A stretch of DNA of 64,000 nucleotides, taken from assembly GCA_964016885.1 (NCBI GenBank), contig OZ024749.1, positions 33,604,001-33,668,000 on the forward strand. The letters run 5' to 3'. This stretch comes from Eledone cirrhosa (lineage: Eukaryota). Shown here piece after piece: positions 47,530 to 61,642 of this stretch (position 1 is the first letter of the stretch; the number at the start of each line of letters is the position of its first letter). The position numbers were made by a program, and so were the translations under genes. The notes under the pieces are model-generated. The model did no database searches, had not been told where the DNA came from, and worked only from the letters and a program-made list of their open reading frames with translations.

Positions 47530-48046
47530 AATATGATATAATTAACAGTATTTAGTCTTATTTTCAATGTTATATACATATATTTCACACATGTATAGGT
47601 ACATCTATCTATATGTTTGTATGTTTGCGTATAAGTAAATATGTGAACGTATGCACGTATGTATGAACGGACATACGTACAGATGAAAGGCAAAGTTAAC
47701 CTCGACGCCTTTCATCCTTACGGGATGGATAAAATAAAGTACCAGTAATACACTGGGTAATTGGTGGGGTGGCCTTGTGCCAAAAGTAAAAATAATTATA
47801 TCATGATTGTTATTATTACTATTATTATTATTATGCAGACCTAATTAGTTTTATACTTGTTCACAACTCTTTCACCTGCACACGGCTTTAGGTTTGTGGT
47901 ATTCCTGTAGATTTTCAAGAAACAGAATAAAAAGCAATGAAGAAGCGAAGGAGATGAGATTAAAAAAAAAACATAGCAAAATCTAGATAGAGAAAATATT
48001 TATTTAAAAAAAAAAAAGGAATTAATGCATATATGTATATGTATAT

Positions 48047-48127
<81 letters not shown>

Positions 48128-48192
48128 TACACATACATATATATATATGTATACACATATATATATATGTATACACATATATATATATGTAT

Positions 48193-48234
<42 letters not shown>

Positions 48235-48365
48235 AGATATATATATATATCTGTGTGTAGTTGTCTCAGCTGTTTGTGACTATCCTCTCATTTTTACGAT
48301 GGATACAACGCAAAAAAAATCTACACACACATATGCACAGAGGAAAGTTTATGTGAGTGTGTGCA

Positions 48366-48399
<34 letters not shown>

Positions 48400-48474
48400 A
48401 GGGAGAGAAAAGGATAAACATTTAATAGATTTTTCATCGTTATTTTTACTCCCAAACTAGTGTTTTACAGATAG

Positions 48475-48543
<69 letters not shown>

Positions 48544-48615
48544 CACATATATACGTATATATATCTATACGTATATATATACAGGTTGTCCCACTAAAAT
48601 GTATACGTATATATA

Positions 48616-48704
<89 letters not shown>

Positions 48705-49170
48705 TCCTTGTAAGAGCATAGTGAAGCTTCTTAAGTGTCTATAAAAGGGATGTTAAATTTAGCGTCGCGAAGATAAAAAGTTTCACTTTGATAATCATAT
48801 TTATAAACCACATTGTTCGGAATAGACACATACACATACATACATACATACACATAGATACACACACATACATACACACACATACATACTCACACATGTA
48901 TTCACACACATTCATACACACACATACATACGCACAGATATATATATATATATATACAAACATGCATACACACACACATGCATGTATACACATACATAGA
49001 CAAACTCATATACACACGTTAGTTGAGTGTTAAGCAGAAGTAAACGATAATTTTTACATCTGTATATATATATATATATATATTTCATTTACTCTCATCT
49101 CGGGAACAGTCTTGGATAGCGCTAGTTCGTAATTTAAATTCAAGAATTTTATATTCTTTGAATGAAAAGA

Positions 49171-49254
49171 ACTTTCTGACGAGAATCTTTCTTTGCAACG
49201 AAGGCCGTATGGACTCCGTTTATTTTTGAGATTCGAAACCGATTCGGTAAAGGT
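49171..49254 (+). ncRNA. Hammerhead ribozyme, extended stem II, monomer-foldable stem III
   Basis: ACTTT-CTGACGA-GAATCTT...GAGATTC-GAAA-CCGATTCGG-TA-AAGGT. Confidence 0.8.
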
Positions 49255-49322
49255 AACTATAGCAAGTAAAGTTAATTTTTAAAAATTTAATTTGAAACTA
49301 TTTCCTTATTTGCTAAACCTTG

Positions 49323-49366
<44 letters not shown>

Positions 49367-49433
49367 TGTAATCCTGCTGTTTTTATTGAATGTGGATTTT
49401 GAAAATCCACATTCAATAAAAACACCAGGATTT

Positions 49434-49493
49434 TTTCATTCTGATGACTGAAAGCAGATTTGTTTGCTTTCAAGAAACCACTGGTAAATGAAA
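49434..49493 (+). ncRNA. Hammerhead ribozyme in pLTR remnant ~49365-49590, with short upstream fold-back at 49371-49431
   Basis: TTTCATT-CTGATGA-CTGAAAGCAGAT..TTTGCTTTCAA-GAAA-CCACTGG-TA-AATGAAA. Confidence 0.88.
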
Positions 49494-49664
49494 TAATTAT
49501 CTTATGTTGTTTATTACATAACTATTAAGTTCTGTAACCTACATAGAGCACTCTTTTTTCCTGGACCTTTCCAACGGAATTACTTCATTTACACACACAC
49601 ACACACACATATATATATACAGAACAGAGGTAAATGAGACTTTCCTACAAAAATAAGTTTTTAA

Positions 49665-50025
49665 TAATTGTTTCTAGCATAGGCATGAGACCAATAATTT
49701 TGGGGCCGAGTAAACTCGAGCAACAGCCTCCAGTACTTTACTGGTACTTTATTTCATCCAATTCGGATGGATGAAAAATTTGGCATTGGTGAGATTTGAA
49801 CTAAGGATCTAGAAAGCCGTAGCTAAATATATATATATATAGTAATAATTGTTTCTACTTTAGGCACAAGGCCAGCAATTACCCAGTGCATTACTAGTAC
49901 TTTATTTTATCGACCCCGTAAGGATGAAAGGCAAAGTCAACCTCGGCGGGATTTGAACTCGGATCGTAAAGGGACGTAACTATGCTGGAAAGCATGGCGT
50001 CCGACCCTCTACCGATACTGCCAAT
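49665..50025 (-). mobile_element. Two SINE copies (one old, one young)
   Basis: Consensus match. Confidence 0.85.
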
Positions 50026-50044
50026 TATAGTAATAATAATAATA

Positions 50045-50235
50045 AATTTGAAGACTAAAATCCAAAGAGGGCTCGATAAGGATAAATATATATCAAATAT
50101 ATACGAACCGTAGAGCAAATATTTATTAAAATAACACATTAAAGTTTAAGCAAAGATTCGCTGCTTTCACCCTTAACGGGATCTTCTGAAGCAGCGAATC
50201 TTTGCTTAAAATTTAATCTGTTATTTTAATAAATA
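50045..50235 (-). mobile_element. PLE pLTR remnant with inversion breaking the HHR core; related fragments at ~30270-30310 and ~44283-44345
   Basis: Minus strand (CA)GAAGA-TCCCGTTAAGGGT-GAAA-GCAGCGAATCTTTGC-TT; inverted copy 50188-50235. Confidence 0.6.
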
Positions 50236-50520
50236 TATATATATATATATATACTTTTAAAAGTTACATAAAAGTTGATCAATATTTATGGTACGTCAAA
50301 TTTATTTATAAAACTGCTTATATATTGTATTTTATCTGAAGAAGGCATGCCATATTTTTAATATGGTATCCCTGAAATATGTATAATGAAATAAATATGG
50401 TTTTATAAATATAGTTTCCATTTGTTTAATATCGTATATCTACTCCAAAACTTGTTGAGTGCTTTATATCAGTTATAAAATATTTACTTGTTGTAACCCA
50501 ACAATTTTAAATAAAACTTT

Positions 50521-50566
<46 letters not shown>

Positions 50567-50955
50567 TAATATAGAAATGGCTTCTACAGGACTAGAAGCC
50601 ATTTCTATATTAAATATTTATACTCTGTGGTTAGCTCTGCTTGAACCCGGGTTACATACATACATATACATATATACATACATATACACATGCACTTATC
50701 TATTCATTCTTACATACGTATCAACATTTAACGTTCGTTGTCTCTGCTAGTAGTATACATATACGGGTATATATACACACACAGATATATATTCATACAT
50801 ACACACATGCATACACACATGCATATATACATACACTCACACCCCTACACATACATACATGCATACATACATATATACATATATATACAAGCATACATAC
50901 ATACATACATACATACATACATACATACATACATACATACATACATACATACATA

Positions 50956-51570
50956 ATATGAAAGAGTACTGGTGGAATGTTCCAGTAAAAACTCCAATAA
51001 AATACAGGCATAACAGACCAGATATTATGATATGGGACAGGGAGAAGAAAACATGCACAGTAGTGGAAATTAGCTGCCCAGCAGATGCCAATATAATATC
51101 AAAGATTAGCGAAAAGGAGAATATTTATGCAGAACTGATGAGAAATCTGCAGATACTCCACCCTGATTACACCTTCAGATTTATTTATGCCTGTGATTAT
51201 TGGGGCACTGGGGTATGTTAGTAACTGCCTCAATACAAATCTTGAGAAGCCAGGCTTCACAGGAACAGAAAGAACACAACTAGTTAGGAAATTACAAGTA
51301 CAATCCATTAATGGAACAGTAAAAATATGTAAAACATTCCAAAAATGTTGCATCTAATAACTGCATATACACATGTACAGATACAAAGTATATACACATG
51401 CACACATACAACTCAAAACATACACATCCACACATACAATAACATCCATATCTACACATGCAGACATGCATACATAATCTACCTAGTTGATGTTGTGTAA
51501 ATTCCAATGTGAGAAACCGACTCTCTCTCTATTGGAAAAAATTTGTGAAATTATAAAACCAGAAGAACAT
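50956..51570 (+). mobile_element. R4/Dong-like non-LTR retrotransposon 3' end (restriction-like endonuclease) inserted in (CATA)n
   Basis: WWNVPVKT...HNRPDIMIWDREKKTCTVVEISCP...KISEKENIYAEL...IGALG PD-(D/E)xK pattern; (CATA)n on both sides. Confidence 0.85.
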
Positions 51571-52349
51571 ACATACACAGACATTGTCTTCTTGATAAAA
51601 GTGTACATAAAAGAAACTACTAGAATAAAATTGTTTACATTACATTCTTAGTAAAGCAAACTTTGTTATTTTTCAATTTACCAACTTTCTCCGGTTGGTA
51701 GTTCTGAGAAATTGTGGTAGATCTCAGATTATAGATTATAAAACATTTGTCTTCGTATCTTTGTAATCACCATATTGTTTGCACGATATTTTCCAGAGGC
51801 CTAAATAATTTCAAATTATATATTTTACTTTATTCAGTACATTAGCTTTTCTGTTGATTTACTGGCTATGCTTGAACAGCGAACATACTTTCTATATTTC
51901 TATTACAAAAAATGTTATCGGATCAGGTAGCTGTAGTTTACTCAGCTATAATGGCTGCCAACAATTACGTGACAAATACAGTTGTTAAATGCATGGATTT
52001 GAAAGAAAATAATTAATTAAAATCAACAGAATTAAGTTGGTGCTAACGTATTTAAAACTTGCTTAGGAAACACTATTATCCAATCATTAATATTGTTTTC
52101 AAATACAGACATAATATTTACTGACAAGCTTTGTATTGTTTACCTTAAGACACAATTATCTTGTCAGGGTTTTAATAATCCTAGCATGAAACATATTAAT
52201 AATTACTTAAACAATGTTTATTTTTTTCAAGCGGATGTTTTCTCTTAACTAATTATTACTGAAATAAAATTAGAAAGCATGTTTGTTAAACGTAGACGAG
52301 CTTAATGAACGTTTCTGTAAAATACACATTCCGTCGGCGCATGAAATCT

Positions 52350-52610
52350 TGGGTTAATATCATTTACTATAAGTTCGAGTCGGCCCATGGTTTGTGAGTG
52401 AAATTCATTTGACGAAAACTGTTTGGAAGCTCGCGAGAAGGATTGTATCAGTAGTTCAAAGTGACAGCTTTGTTACACAGGGAGTTACATAGAATCTCCC
52501 TGAGATTTACGTTAATATTACACATGTCTGTGGAATACTCAGCCACATACGCGTTAATTTCAGAGCATGCTGTGCTGTTCATCGATCAACTGAAACTGTC
52601 ATCGTCGAAA
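52350..52610 (+). mobile_element. Second SINE family copy (3' part)
   Basis: Similarity to 18368-18625; recalled as a common octopod repeat, not verified. Confidence 0.45.
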
Positions 52611-52661
52611 ACATATATGGGTATACATATATACATATATATGTGTGTGTGTGTGTGTGTG

Positions 52662-52731
<70 letters not shown>

Positions 52732-52768
52732 TACATACATACATACATACATACATACATACATACAT

Positions 52769-52835
<67 letters not shown>

Positions 52836-53079
52836 GTGTGTCTGTATGTATGTGAAATGCAAACGGAAAACAACAAAGCAAACAACACAGTACAATGGAA
52901 ATATATACTAGTTTAAAGATATATAGAATCTTGAAGTTTCGGACGCCGCCCATCATCAGAAAGTAGAATGATAAGCGAATAACTATGTGTATACTCTGGG
53001 AGTTTAATTAACATTTCCTATTGAGTATGCTGAAATGCAACCGGTCCTAGCAGTGAAACCCATGCTAGTTCCGGCAACT

Positions 53080-53283
<204 letters not shown>

Positions 53284-53698
53284 CATACACTGTATAGTAT
53301 GACCTATTCTGCTAGAAGAAAGACAGAAGTATCACACATTTCAAGTACTGATGCAAAGACAAGTATTCTTGGCGCAAAGAGTGTTCAACCATAGCAGAAT
53401 TGAACGAATTCTGCTATGGCTAAACAGACGAGAAACAAGATACAGGGTGGAAGGTGAAGATGTGACGGAGCGAGAGAAATAGAAATAGAAAGAGAAAGAG
53501 AGATAGAAAGAGGGAGAGGAGGAGAGGGAGTGAAAGAGGAGCAGGGAGAGTAAGAATGAGCATGGCATCATGTCATTATTTTCATTATAACATCAAAGAA
53601 ACATCTGCTTGATCCTGCACCTAATGTATTATTAGTACAACTATTATTATTATTGCTATTATTATTATTACTACTATTATCATCATTACTATTATTAC

Positions 53699-53732
<34 letters not shown>

Positions 53733-54135
53733 TTTATCGTCGTCGTTGTTGTTGTTGTTGTTCTTTTTTGACTATATTTTTTTAACGAGAAAACCTTCAC
53801 TAGTATGTGAGCAATGTGTAGGAATTTCAGCAGCCGGCTGGCAATAATCCTGTTAGGTAGAACATTGTTAAAGTAGCACTGTATGCATTATTAGTATGTT
53901 GATAAGTAGGTCTTCTTAGAAATGCTTCGAACTTCTGCATAAATAGACGTCTAGTGCAGCAGAGCATAGAATGGGTGACAGATTTCTAAAAAAGATATAT
54001 TCTGTTTGATTGATATATGTTCATACATACCTATACAGTGCAATGAAACCAACAGGCTGAAACATAGCGATATAGGCTTATTGAAAAACATCCACTCACA
54101 CAAACCTCACACACATATACATCAACACACACCCA

Positions 54136-54201
<66 letters not shown>

Positions 54202-54371
54202 GGTGAGAAGTTACTAGTTAAAACCAGTAAAACCATTATTCAACTTAGTATATTATACTAGTACATTGTAAATAAGGTTATAGAGATTTTTTCCCCTACG
54301 GTCAGGCATAAAGAATCCCTATTATATATATATATATATATATGCATATTCTAAAGAAGAATATGTATCTA

Positions 54372-54543
54372 TTTAGAGGTAGAACGCCATGCTTTGCAGC
54401 ATAGAGTTACGGCCCTTTACGGTCTGAGTTCAAATCCCGCCGAGGTTAACTTTGCCTTTCATTCTTACCAGGTCGATAAAATAAAGTACCAGTAATACAC
54501 TGGAATAATTGCTGGCCTTGTGCCAGAAGTAGAAACAATTATT
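54372..54543 (+). mobile_element. SINE copy (5'-truncated)
   Basis: Consensus match. Confidence 0.88.
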
Positions 54544-54906
54544 TTAAAAGCTTTGCCTGTATTCAAAATTCGTGCAAATCAGTATCATTAACTATATTTC
54601 AAAAATAACACTTTATCTGTTTTATGAAACATTGTCAGTGTAATGAAAACTCTCCGAATGTGTTATAAACCTTTAATCTAAACCGTTAATCTTATTTATG
54701 ATTAAAGAGGACTGTATAATGTTCCAGATCATTAGTATTTAATGATTAATTGTTCTTTGTAGTAGGGAGCATTCTCAATAAAAGAATGTATCATCGTTGT
54801 GTTTGTAATTGGTTTTTATTGTGGATCGGCAAAATCGTTACGATAATGGATGACATGATTTGCGGTATTTTGTTAAGGTATAATACGATCTCAGTTCAAA
54901 TATCAC

Positions 54907-55320
54907 CAAGGTATTTATGCCTCCATGTTATAAGGTATTTATGCCTACATATTACAAGGTATTCATGCCTACATGTTACAAGGTATTCATGCCTACATGC
55001 TACAAGGTATTCATGCCTACATGTTACAAGGTATTCATGCCTACATGTTACAAGGTATTTATGCCTACATGTTACAAGGTATTCATGCCTACATGTTATA
55101 AGGTATTTATGTCTACATGTTACAAGGTATTCATTCCTACATGTTGTAAGGTATTCATGCCTACATGTTAGAAGGTATTTATTCCAACACGGTACAAGGT
55201 ATTTATGCCTCCATGTTATAAGGTATTTATGCCTACACGTTATAAGGTATTTCTGTCTACATGTTATAAGGTATTTATTCCAACATGGTACTACATACTT
55301 ATGTATACATGTTACGTGGA
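54907..55320. repeat. ~17 x 24-bp minisatellite AAGGTATT(C/T)ATGCCTACATGTTA(C/T)
   Basis: Direct reading. Confidence 0.92.
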
Positions 55321-56249
55321 TGTTTGTCGGTGTTTCGTATTAACTAATCTTCACTTATGGTTTCTTTCACATCTATATTTCCATCCAACGCCGTCTATAT
55401 AAGTTTCTAACTATTCATAACAAGATACTTAATTCTGTGAGTGTAGTTTGGTGCCAGATAAGAAATATTCATACATAATCATTGAGAAGTCTTTAATAAA
55501 TAGTTACAATTTTATTATGCAATCGAAATAGCCAATCAGATGAAAGCTATGCACATTCTGACACAACGCTACAGTCAATATTATATAATACAAATATATT
55601 AAGTAAGAGAAGAGAAAATATAACCAGAAAAAGTAGGAATGTTTGGATACAAATGTTTGTATTCAAGATAAACTATTACAGAAGCTCTAACCCATTCATG
55701 GGCTCGGCGAACAGTATGGCAAAATGGTGACTACGTTATGCCAGACTGGAGAATAGAGAGCGAAATGAATTGTAAGAATAAGGTCAAGTCTCGCGGGATT
55801 CGTTCTGGTGAGCAAGCAACTCCTTCACGGTGGCAGTGAGTAGATAAGTGGTATAGGGAGTTATTACACCGGATATTCCAGACCTGTCAACTCACCCCGT
55901 CCGATGGAGAGATCTCTCACTCAGTTTGGCGTAGATGAGAGATGTGTTCTCTTGTGAAAATGGGTATAGCTTTCATTATGCAAAATCTTTCCATTTTGGC
56001 TCATTTCTTCCCATTTTGGGGCACTTTTTTAACGGTACTTCCCGTTTGGGTTTCTAGAGGCTGGTAGGTCTGATATTCCCAACGTTATTGCTTCGATATG
56101 CTATGCTCTATAGATCTATTTTTAGGTAAAACGTTTTGTTATTTGTTATCTACAGTCAAGAATTGATGAGAAAAGTTGTTACACAGAGTAAAAAAACTTT
56201 CTCATCAGTTTCCTCCCGGCGATAATGTTATGAATAGTATCAAATATGT

Positions 56250-56297
<48 letters not shown>

Positions 56298-56341
56298 ATG
56301 CATTTGTATATACACACACACACACACACTCACACTCACAC

Positions 56342-56409
<68 letters not shown>

Positions 56410-56418
<9 letters not shown>

Positions 56419-57700
56419 TAAGAGGAGAAGAAAATGCTGCCAAATTGTTTCCAGTGAAAAATAGTTATAGTATTGGTTAGTATTCAGTTTTGGTTTTAAG
56501 TTTTAACGGTTGCGCATTTCTAATGCTTTTCAAAAATAATTTTGAGATAGAGCGCCCGTGATGTTTGCTCTAATCTGATTAGTTTTGGAAATTCTACCTG
56601 TTTTATGTAAAAAAAAGTGGCTCTAGATGTATGAAAAAATTCTTGTGGTCAAAACAATTTTGATTAGTCGGTAGAGGTCATGTGAATGTTAAAAATTGAT
56701 TTTGCGCCAAATGTAGGTTTGTCTCGGCTGATTGAGTAGTCATTGAAAAATAAGTCTTTCAAGACAAATGTGTGTGTGTGTAGTAGTAGTAGTAGTAAAG
56801 AGGTTCGTTGTTGTGATAATGGTCAGCAGGGATGTGAGTGCGAACCGCAACCTGCTGACAGTTCAAATGCTTATTAAGACAAGTGTGTGTGTGTGTGTGT
56901 GTGTGTGTAGCAGAGTAATTCGTGGTAGAGGGATCGGTCAGTAGGAATGTGGGGGATATTTTAACATGTTAAAAGATATTTTTCAGCTCTTGTCTTATAC
57001 GGAGAAGTGTGTGTGTGTGTATATGTCTCTTTGTGTGTTAATGTACGCGTGTGTATGTGTGTGTGTATATATGTGTATGTGTGTGTGTGTGAGAATGTGT
57101 GTGTGTGTGTGGGTGGACCAGTATTTTTGTGATACTGGTAAAAATGGTGTACATTATTCGATTTTTTCAGTAAAAACGATTCTCTCAATAGAACATCAAA
57201 AACCTTAATAATAAAAGGTGTGAAATGATATATAGTATTGGCATAATACCAAGGTGTGTGTGAGCGTCCAGATTGTACGTACTGCAAGGGGAATCCATTA
57301 GGCCCTGCCGTATTGGAATACTTGTGTACAAATATGTATCTGCCCATCAGTGTGCAATGCATGTGTGCAATGCATGTGTGCAATGCATGTGTGCGTTTAT
57401 GTATGTGTGTGTGTCGGCACGTTTATATTTATAGACATCAAAAGGTATGCAAATTTGTGTATATTTGTGTTGCACCATAGAACATGTGTGTTTACGTATG
57501 ACATTGTGTTTATATGTGGATAGAGATGTATGTAGGATGTATGCTGATGTAGGTATGTATGTTGACGTGTGTATGTTGTGGGTTCGTCTTAGGGAGAAGT
57601 GTTTAGATGGGGTCCGTATTTGTTAATAAAGTGAGATTCCTTGCTGATGCGCTGGGAACTATTTGTCAGCATTTTCTTCTCCTTTTGCCAATATATCACA
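56410..57700 (-). mobile_element. Degenerate PLE with inverted terminal piece and partial-tandem endonuclease ends
   Basis: 56415-56457 is the reverse complement of ~57650-57695; minus peptides KESHFINKYGPHLN (~57600-57645) and TPFIIK..LLRES (~57170-57220). Confidence 0.5.
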
Positions 57701-57726
57701 ACCCGTGTGTTACACCTCTATTCTTT

Positions 57727-57785
<59 letters not shown>

Positions 57786-57880
57786 GTGGAAGACTGGAAG
57801 GTAATATCCGTAGTGGTAGAGCACTCAGTCCATAGAACGAGTTAAGTAGAAGTGGTTACACAACAGTCAGTTCACCATAT

Positions 57881-57918
57881 CGAGAACAATTGTTTCACCT
57901 TAGCGGATCCTCAGCTCA
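57881..57918 (-). ncRNA. Minimal hammerhead ribozyme in pLTR ~57782-57925
   Basis: Minus strand TGAG-CTGAGGA-TCCGCTAAGGT-GAAA-CAATTG-TT-CTCG. Confidence 0.7.
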
Positions 57919-57921
57919 CAG

Positions 57922-57966
<45 letters not shown>

Positions 57967-58758
57967 TAAAGTTAGTCCTTCACCAGTGATCTTCCAACCA
58001 TCATTGGTATTTCATCGCTTTAAAGACCATATACCTCCGGTTGGTGTGAGCAACGGCTAAAAAAAGTAGTTGGGACACGTAAATAAAGGGGACACGAGAG
58101 TGTAAACAAACAAAGATGGTGAAGCAACGAAAAGTGAGGAAGAAAGAGTCAAGTCCCAAATATCCATGAATATAAGTTCGGTGAAATCGTGAACGAGAGA
58201 GAATATAAAGACCATCAAACCTGGTTGGAATGTGAGCAAGGAAGGAATTCCGTACAGGTCTAACGGGAGGAAGAAGGAATCTAGTCTGTGAATTCGGTGA
58301 ACATAAGTTCTGTGAAATCGTAGACGAGAGAGAGAAAAAAAGCGAACCAGCCTGACCAAGAGTGCGAAAGAAAAGAATTACGCACAGGTCAAACGGGAAG
58401 AAGGAGGAGGAGGAGAGGTAGTAACAGAGAGTGAGTGAGTGAAGGGTGAGGAAGAGGCTAACAGAGAGAGTGACTGTTAGAGAGGGTAAAGATACAGAGA
58501 AAGAGGAAGCAGTATGGACGAAATAGACGGGTCACAGCGGGGGAAAAAATATGTGTAAATATGAGAATAAACGTGCTGCGTGGTTGCAAATGGGTTACAT
58601 ATGAATAAAGTTAGTCCTTCATCAGTGATCTTCCAATATATATATATATATATATATAACAAAGGAATTCTGGTAAGGAACCAGATGGACTAACGCACCA
58701 GAGTACTCAATACTTAGGGTAGTAGAGTATATATATATATATACATATATATATACAT

Positions 58759-58795
<37 letters not shown>

Positions 58796-58797
58796 CG

Positions 58798-58866
<69 letters not shown>

Positions 58867-59389
58867 TAGAGTGGGTAATAGGAAGATGTAGACCCCGACG
58901 GTAGAGCTCAAGCCGTTTCGACGGCTATTTCTCGACTGAAATAGCCGTCGAAATTGCTTGAGCTCTGCCGTCGGGGTCATACATTTCCCTATATATATAT
59001 ATAATGTGGTATATAGAACTATTTAACACTATTAGAAACTACCAGATACATGTTATAAATAAAATATTCCTATGAAACAGCTCTCATTTGTTTTCTCATT
59101 TGTTCCTTCTTACACACACTAGCAAAAAAACAGATAGAACACACACACAGATCCATATCTACATACATGCATATACATGCATATATGCACACACATATAT
59201 ACATAAATAAATATATATATATATTATATATACATGATATATATATATATATATATATTATATATACATGATATTTAAATTTATATATGTAAATATATAA
59301 ACATATATATATATATATATATATATGTTTATATATTTACATATATAAATGTATGTTTGTGTGTTTGAGTATGTGTGTGTATGTATTTA

Positions 59390-59467
<78 letters not shown>

Positions 59468-59737
59468 ATATATATATATGTTTATACGTTTAATCAGCAT
59501 TGTCAAATACCATGCAAAGGATTACTTTAAATTTAGAATATTGAAGAAATTTGAAAGGAAACTAAAACATAACAAACTGACAGAATATAAGTTTACAAGA
59601 ACAACAGAATAAAGCTGAATACAAGAATACGTGATATTTCTTTTTACTTTCCATGAAATTCCTTAAACTTTACTGGCTTTCCTAATTCCAGCTGAACACA
59701 GCTTTTCCAACTGCAAATGTATCAAAAAGGATATCAA

Positions 59738-60378
59738 ATAATTGTTTCTACTTTTGGCACAAGGCCAGCAATTACTCCAGTGTATTACTGGTACTTTATT
59801 TTATCGACCCAGAAAGAATGAAAAGCAAAATTAACCTCGACCGGATTTGAACTCAGACCATAAAGGGCCGTAACTCTATGCTGCTAAGCATGGCGTCCGA
59901 CCCTCTACCGATACCGCCAACTGAAAAGAATATCAAATAATAATTGTCTCTACATAAGGCCACCAATTTGAAAGGGAAGGGAAAGTCGATTAAATCGACC
60001 CCAGTACATTACTGGTACTTTACTTTATTGGCCTCGTAAGGATGAAAGGCAGAGCTAACCTCGGTGAAATTTGAACTCAGAACGTAAAGGGACGTAACTC
60101 TATGCCGCAAAGCATAATGTCCGACGCTCTACTGATACTGCCAATCCACAAATGATAATGAAGGTTGACATTCAACTGTATAATATAATTGTTTCTACTT
60201 TTGGCACAAGGCCAGCAATTAACCAGTGTATTACTGGTACTTTATTTTATCGACCCCATAAGGATGAAAGGCAAAGTTAACCTCGGCGTGATTTGAACTC
60301 AGAATAGGAAGGGCCGTAACTCCATGTGTCAAAGCATGGCGTCCGACCTTCTACCTATACTGCCAATCTTCCGCCCTT
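59738..60378 (-). mobile_element. Cluster of three SINE copies with TSDs
   Basis: Flank repeats AAAAG(G/A)ATATCAAATAAT and TGTATAATATAAT. Confidence 0.9.
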
Positions 60379-60599
60379 TGTATAATATAATGCTTTAAAT
60401 ATTGATTTCTAACGTTCACATAAAGCCCCACATTTTCCTCTTCTTTAGCGCACTGGTTGTTGGCCTGTGTAGTTGGATAACCCTTTTTGTTCTCGTATTT
60501 TTAATGAAATAGTTGTGGGTTTCCAATTTTTCACTTAAATAACTATGCTTTGGGGATCACCTTATTAGACCTCTTATAGTAATGGGTGCTTTATCATGA

Positions 60600-60840
60600 A
60601 TCGGGGACAGAGATCAATAATTGATTTTGTTATTGTCTCATTTCTCTTCGATCCTGTGCCGGATGTTCGTGTTAAGACAGGGGCTGAGCTATCTCCTGAT
60701 CCCTATCAAATTATCTGCAGTTTAAGACTACCTAAGCCCACAAAATTGGCAGGTCCAGGTAGACCTACAGGATAAAGTGGGGAGCGTTGGTGTATAAGAA
60801 TGTCAGGACTCTCTATGCGGATAGAACTGCAGTATTTTCT
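60600..60840 (+). pseudogene. RTE LINE apurinic endonuclease C-terminal fragment
   Basis: GQRSIIDFVIVS...VPDVRVKTGAELSPDPYQIICSLRL matches the APE IDF..DVRV..G...SDH motif. Confidence 0.75.
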
Positions 60841-61137
60841 GAATGAGCGTCACTGAAGAAAGATTAACGAATCTTGAAATAGCGGTGTCTGTTACTCTGA
60901 GATTATATTGGCAACTCTATGATATACTCATAGAGAAGAATGTGATTTTTACCTCTCGTTTCGTTTTCGTTTCTTTGTGAGAAAATATTTTTCTTCGGCT
61001 GCGAGGCTACCCATATGTTTATTGTATATAAACGTATATATGTGTTCATATACATACCGCTCTGTTATGCTTGAACGCTGTCTTAGTGCTACAGCCAAAT
61101 ATATATATATATATAGAGAGAGGGGGGGGGGAGAAAG

Positions 61138-61176
<39 letters not shown>

Positions 61177-61319
61177 AAGTAAGAATATTTTCGAAACAGC
61201 GAGCAGGTTTGAAAATATAAATGTAAGCTATCGCCGTATTTTGACTAAAGAAATTAAAGAAATTATTTAGCCTGGTAGTGGGGTTAAGAACCCTCGGAGA
61301 AATGGAAAAAGATGAGTAT

Positions 61320-61390
61320 TGACGTACATGGGAGTCGAACCCATATCTGCGGTTATCCAGACCACTGTGCTACCATTACACCAACACATC
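61320..61390 (-). tRNA. tRNA-like cloverleaf (anticodon GGA, short variable arm); probable pseudo-tRNA or TE-borne tRNA mimic
   Basis: GATGTGT TG GTGT-AATGGTA-GCAC A GTGGT-CTGGATA-ACCGC AGAT ATGGG-TTCGACT-CCCAT GTACGTC A; TTTTT ~10 nt downstream. Confidence 0.6.
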
Positions 61391-61396
61391 ACCCGT

Positions 61397-61444
<48 letters not shown>

Positions 61445-61496
61445 ATATATATATGTATATATGTATATGTATATATATATATGTGCGTGTGTGTAT

Positions 61497-61544
<48 letters not shown>

Positions 61545-61573
61545 ATATATATATGTATATGTATATATATATA

Positions 61574-61642
<69 letters not shown>

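Noticed and set aside
54750-55343. 197-aa Cys/His repeat protein (RYSCLHVT)n
   Set aside because: A 24-bp minisatellite open in more than one frame, with no splice or domain support
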